Positions 63,561 through 64,000 of a stretch of DNA of 64,000 nt are shown here, piece after piece. Under the pieces are notes generated by a model. It saw nothing but the letters and a program-made list of their open reading frames with translations. It was not told the origin of the DNA and did not search any database. Position numbers and translations under genes: made by a program. Each line of letters starts with the position of its first letter. Within the stretch, counting starts at the first letter, position 1. Source of the DNA: Octopus sinensis (Eukaryota); the NCBI RefSeq assembly GCF_006345805.1, contig NW_021835959.1:62001-126000 (forward strand). Reading direction: 5' to 3'.

Positions 63561-64000
63561 CCCGGTAAAGAATGTATAAAACAAAAGGCGGTAACTTTAA
63601 CACTTTATTGTGGTCACACGCATATACACAATGGAATGATGAATAGAATGGTTGAACTTTTATAAATATATATATATATATCTACAGGCATCTGCGTGAT
63701 TTGTATGTAAGTTGTTAACCTTGGTGAGAAACTCACAAACAGCGATGTAGGAACCAGAGCAGATTTTTTTGTGCTGTGTAGACGTTGACGACGTTGGTGA
63801 GAGACATCTGGTGTGGAGACGAAGATGGAGGTCGCTGCAAGGTGGTCAGTGGTTAGACATTAGAAACTCTAGAATCAACTGAGATTCTTTATTGTCTACT
63901 AGAGATCAGACAAGTGACTGGACTTCAATTTGTTCATCGTCTTGATAACTAACTATAGCGCATCATTCAATCTGCTGTTCATATTTTTGCCACTAAGTGC

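Overview
Eukaryotic, AT-rich, repeat-dense animal DNA. The SINE/RTE-tail families, (TA)n/(CA)n microsatellites and long introns look like an octopus (coleoid cephalopod) genome; this is an inference from recalled repeat families. Two spliced genes lie on the minus strand. (1) A 7-exon F-box/leucine-rich-repeat gene of FBXL17 type (50016..30635, about 549 aa) that needs one extra A in a homopolymer at 44498-44502 to stay in frame. (2) An unidentified gene with a probable CpG-retaining promoter near 26.6-27.0 kb and candidate coding exons at 19603-19523, 5880-5709, 5118-5057 and 3636-3577, probably continuing off the left edge. The rest is transposon debris (tRNA-derived SINEs, RTE/CR1 LINE ends, Tc1, mariner, piggyBac, Merlin, hAT, a Helitron end, a solo-LTR-like unit) plus a 13 x 97-bp minisatellite and a SINE-like 34-bp satellite. 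The most notable signal is a set of minimal type-I hammerhead-ribozyme motifs of the Penelope-like kind. Two have canonical cores (3055-3098 +, 53170-53204 -). Others sit at the centres of long palindromes and have altered cores (U3-A8, possibly G3-C8). No CRISPR array, rRNA or true tRNA gene is supported.
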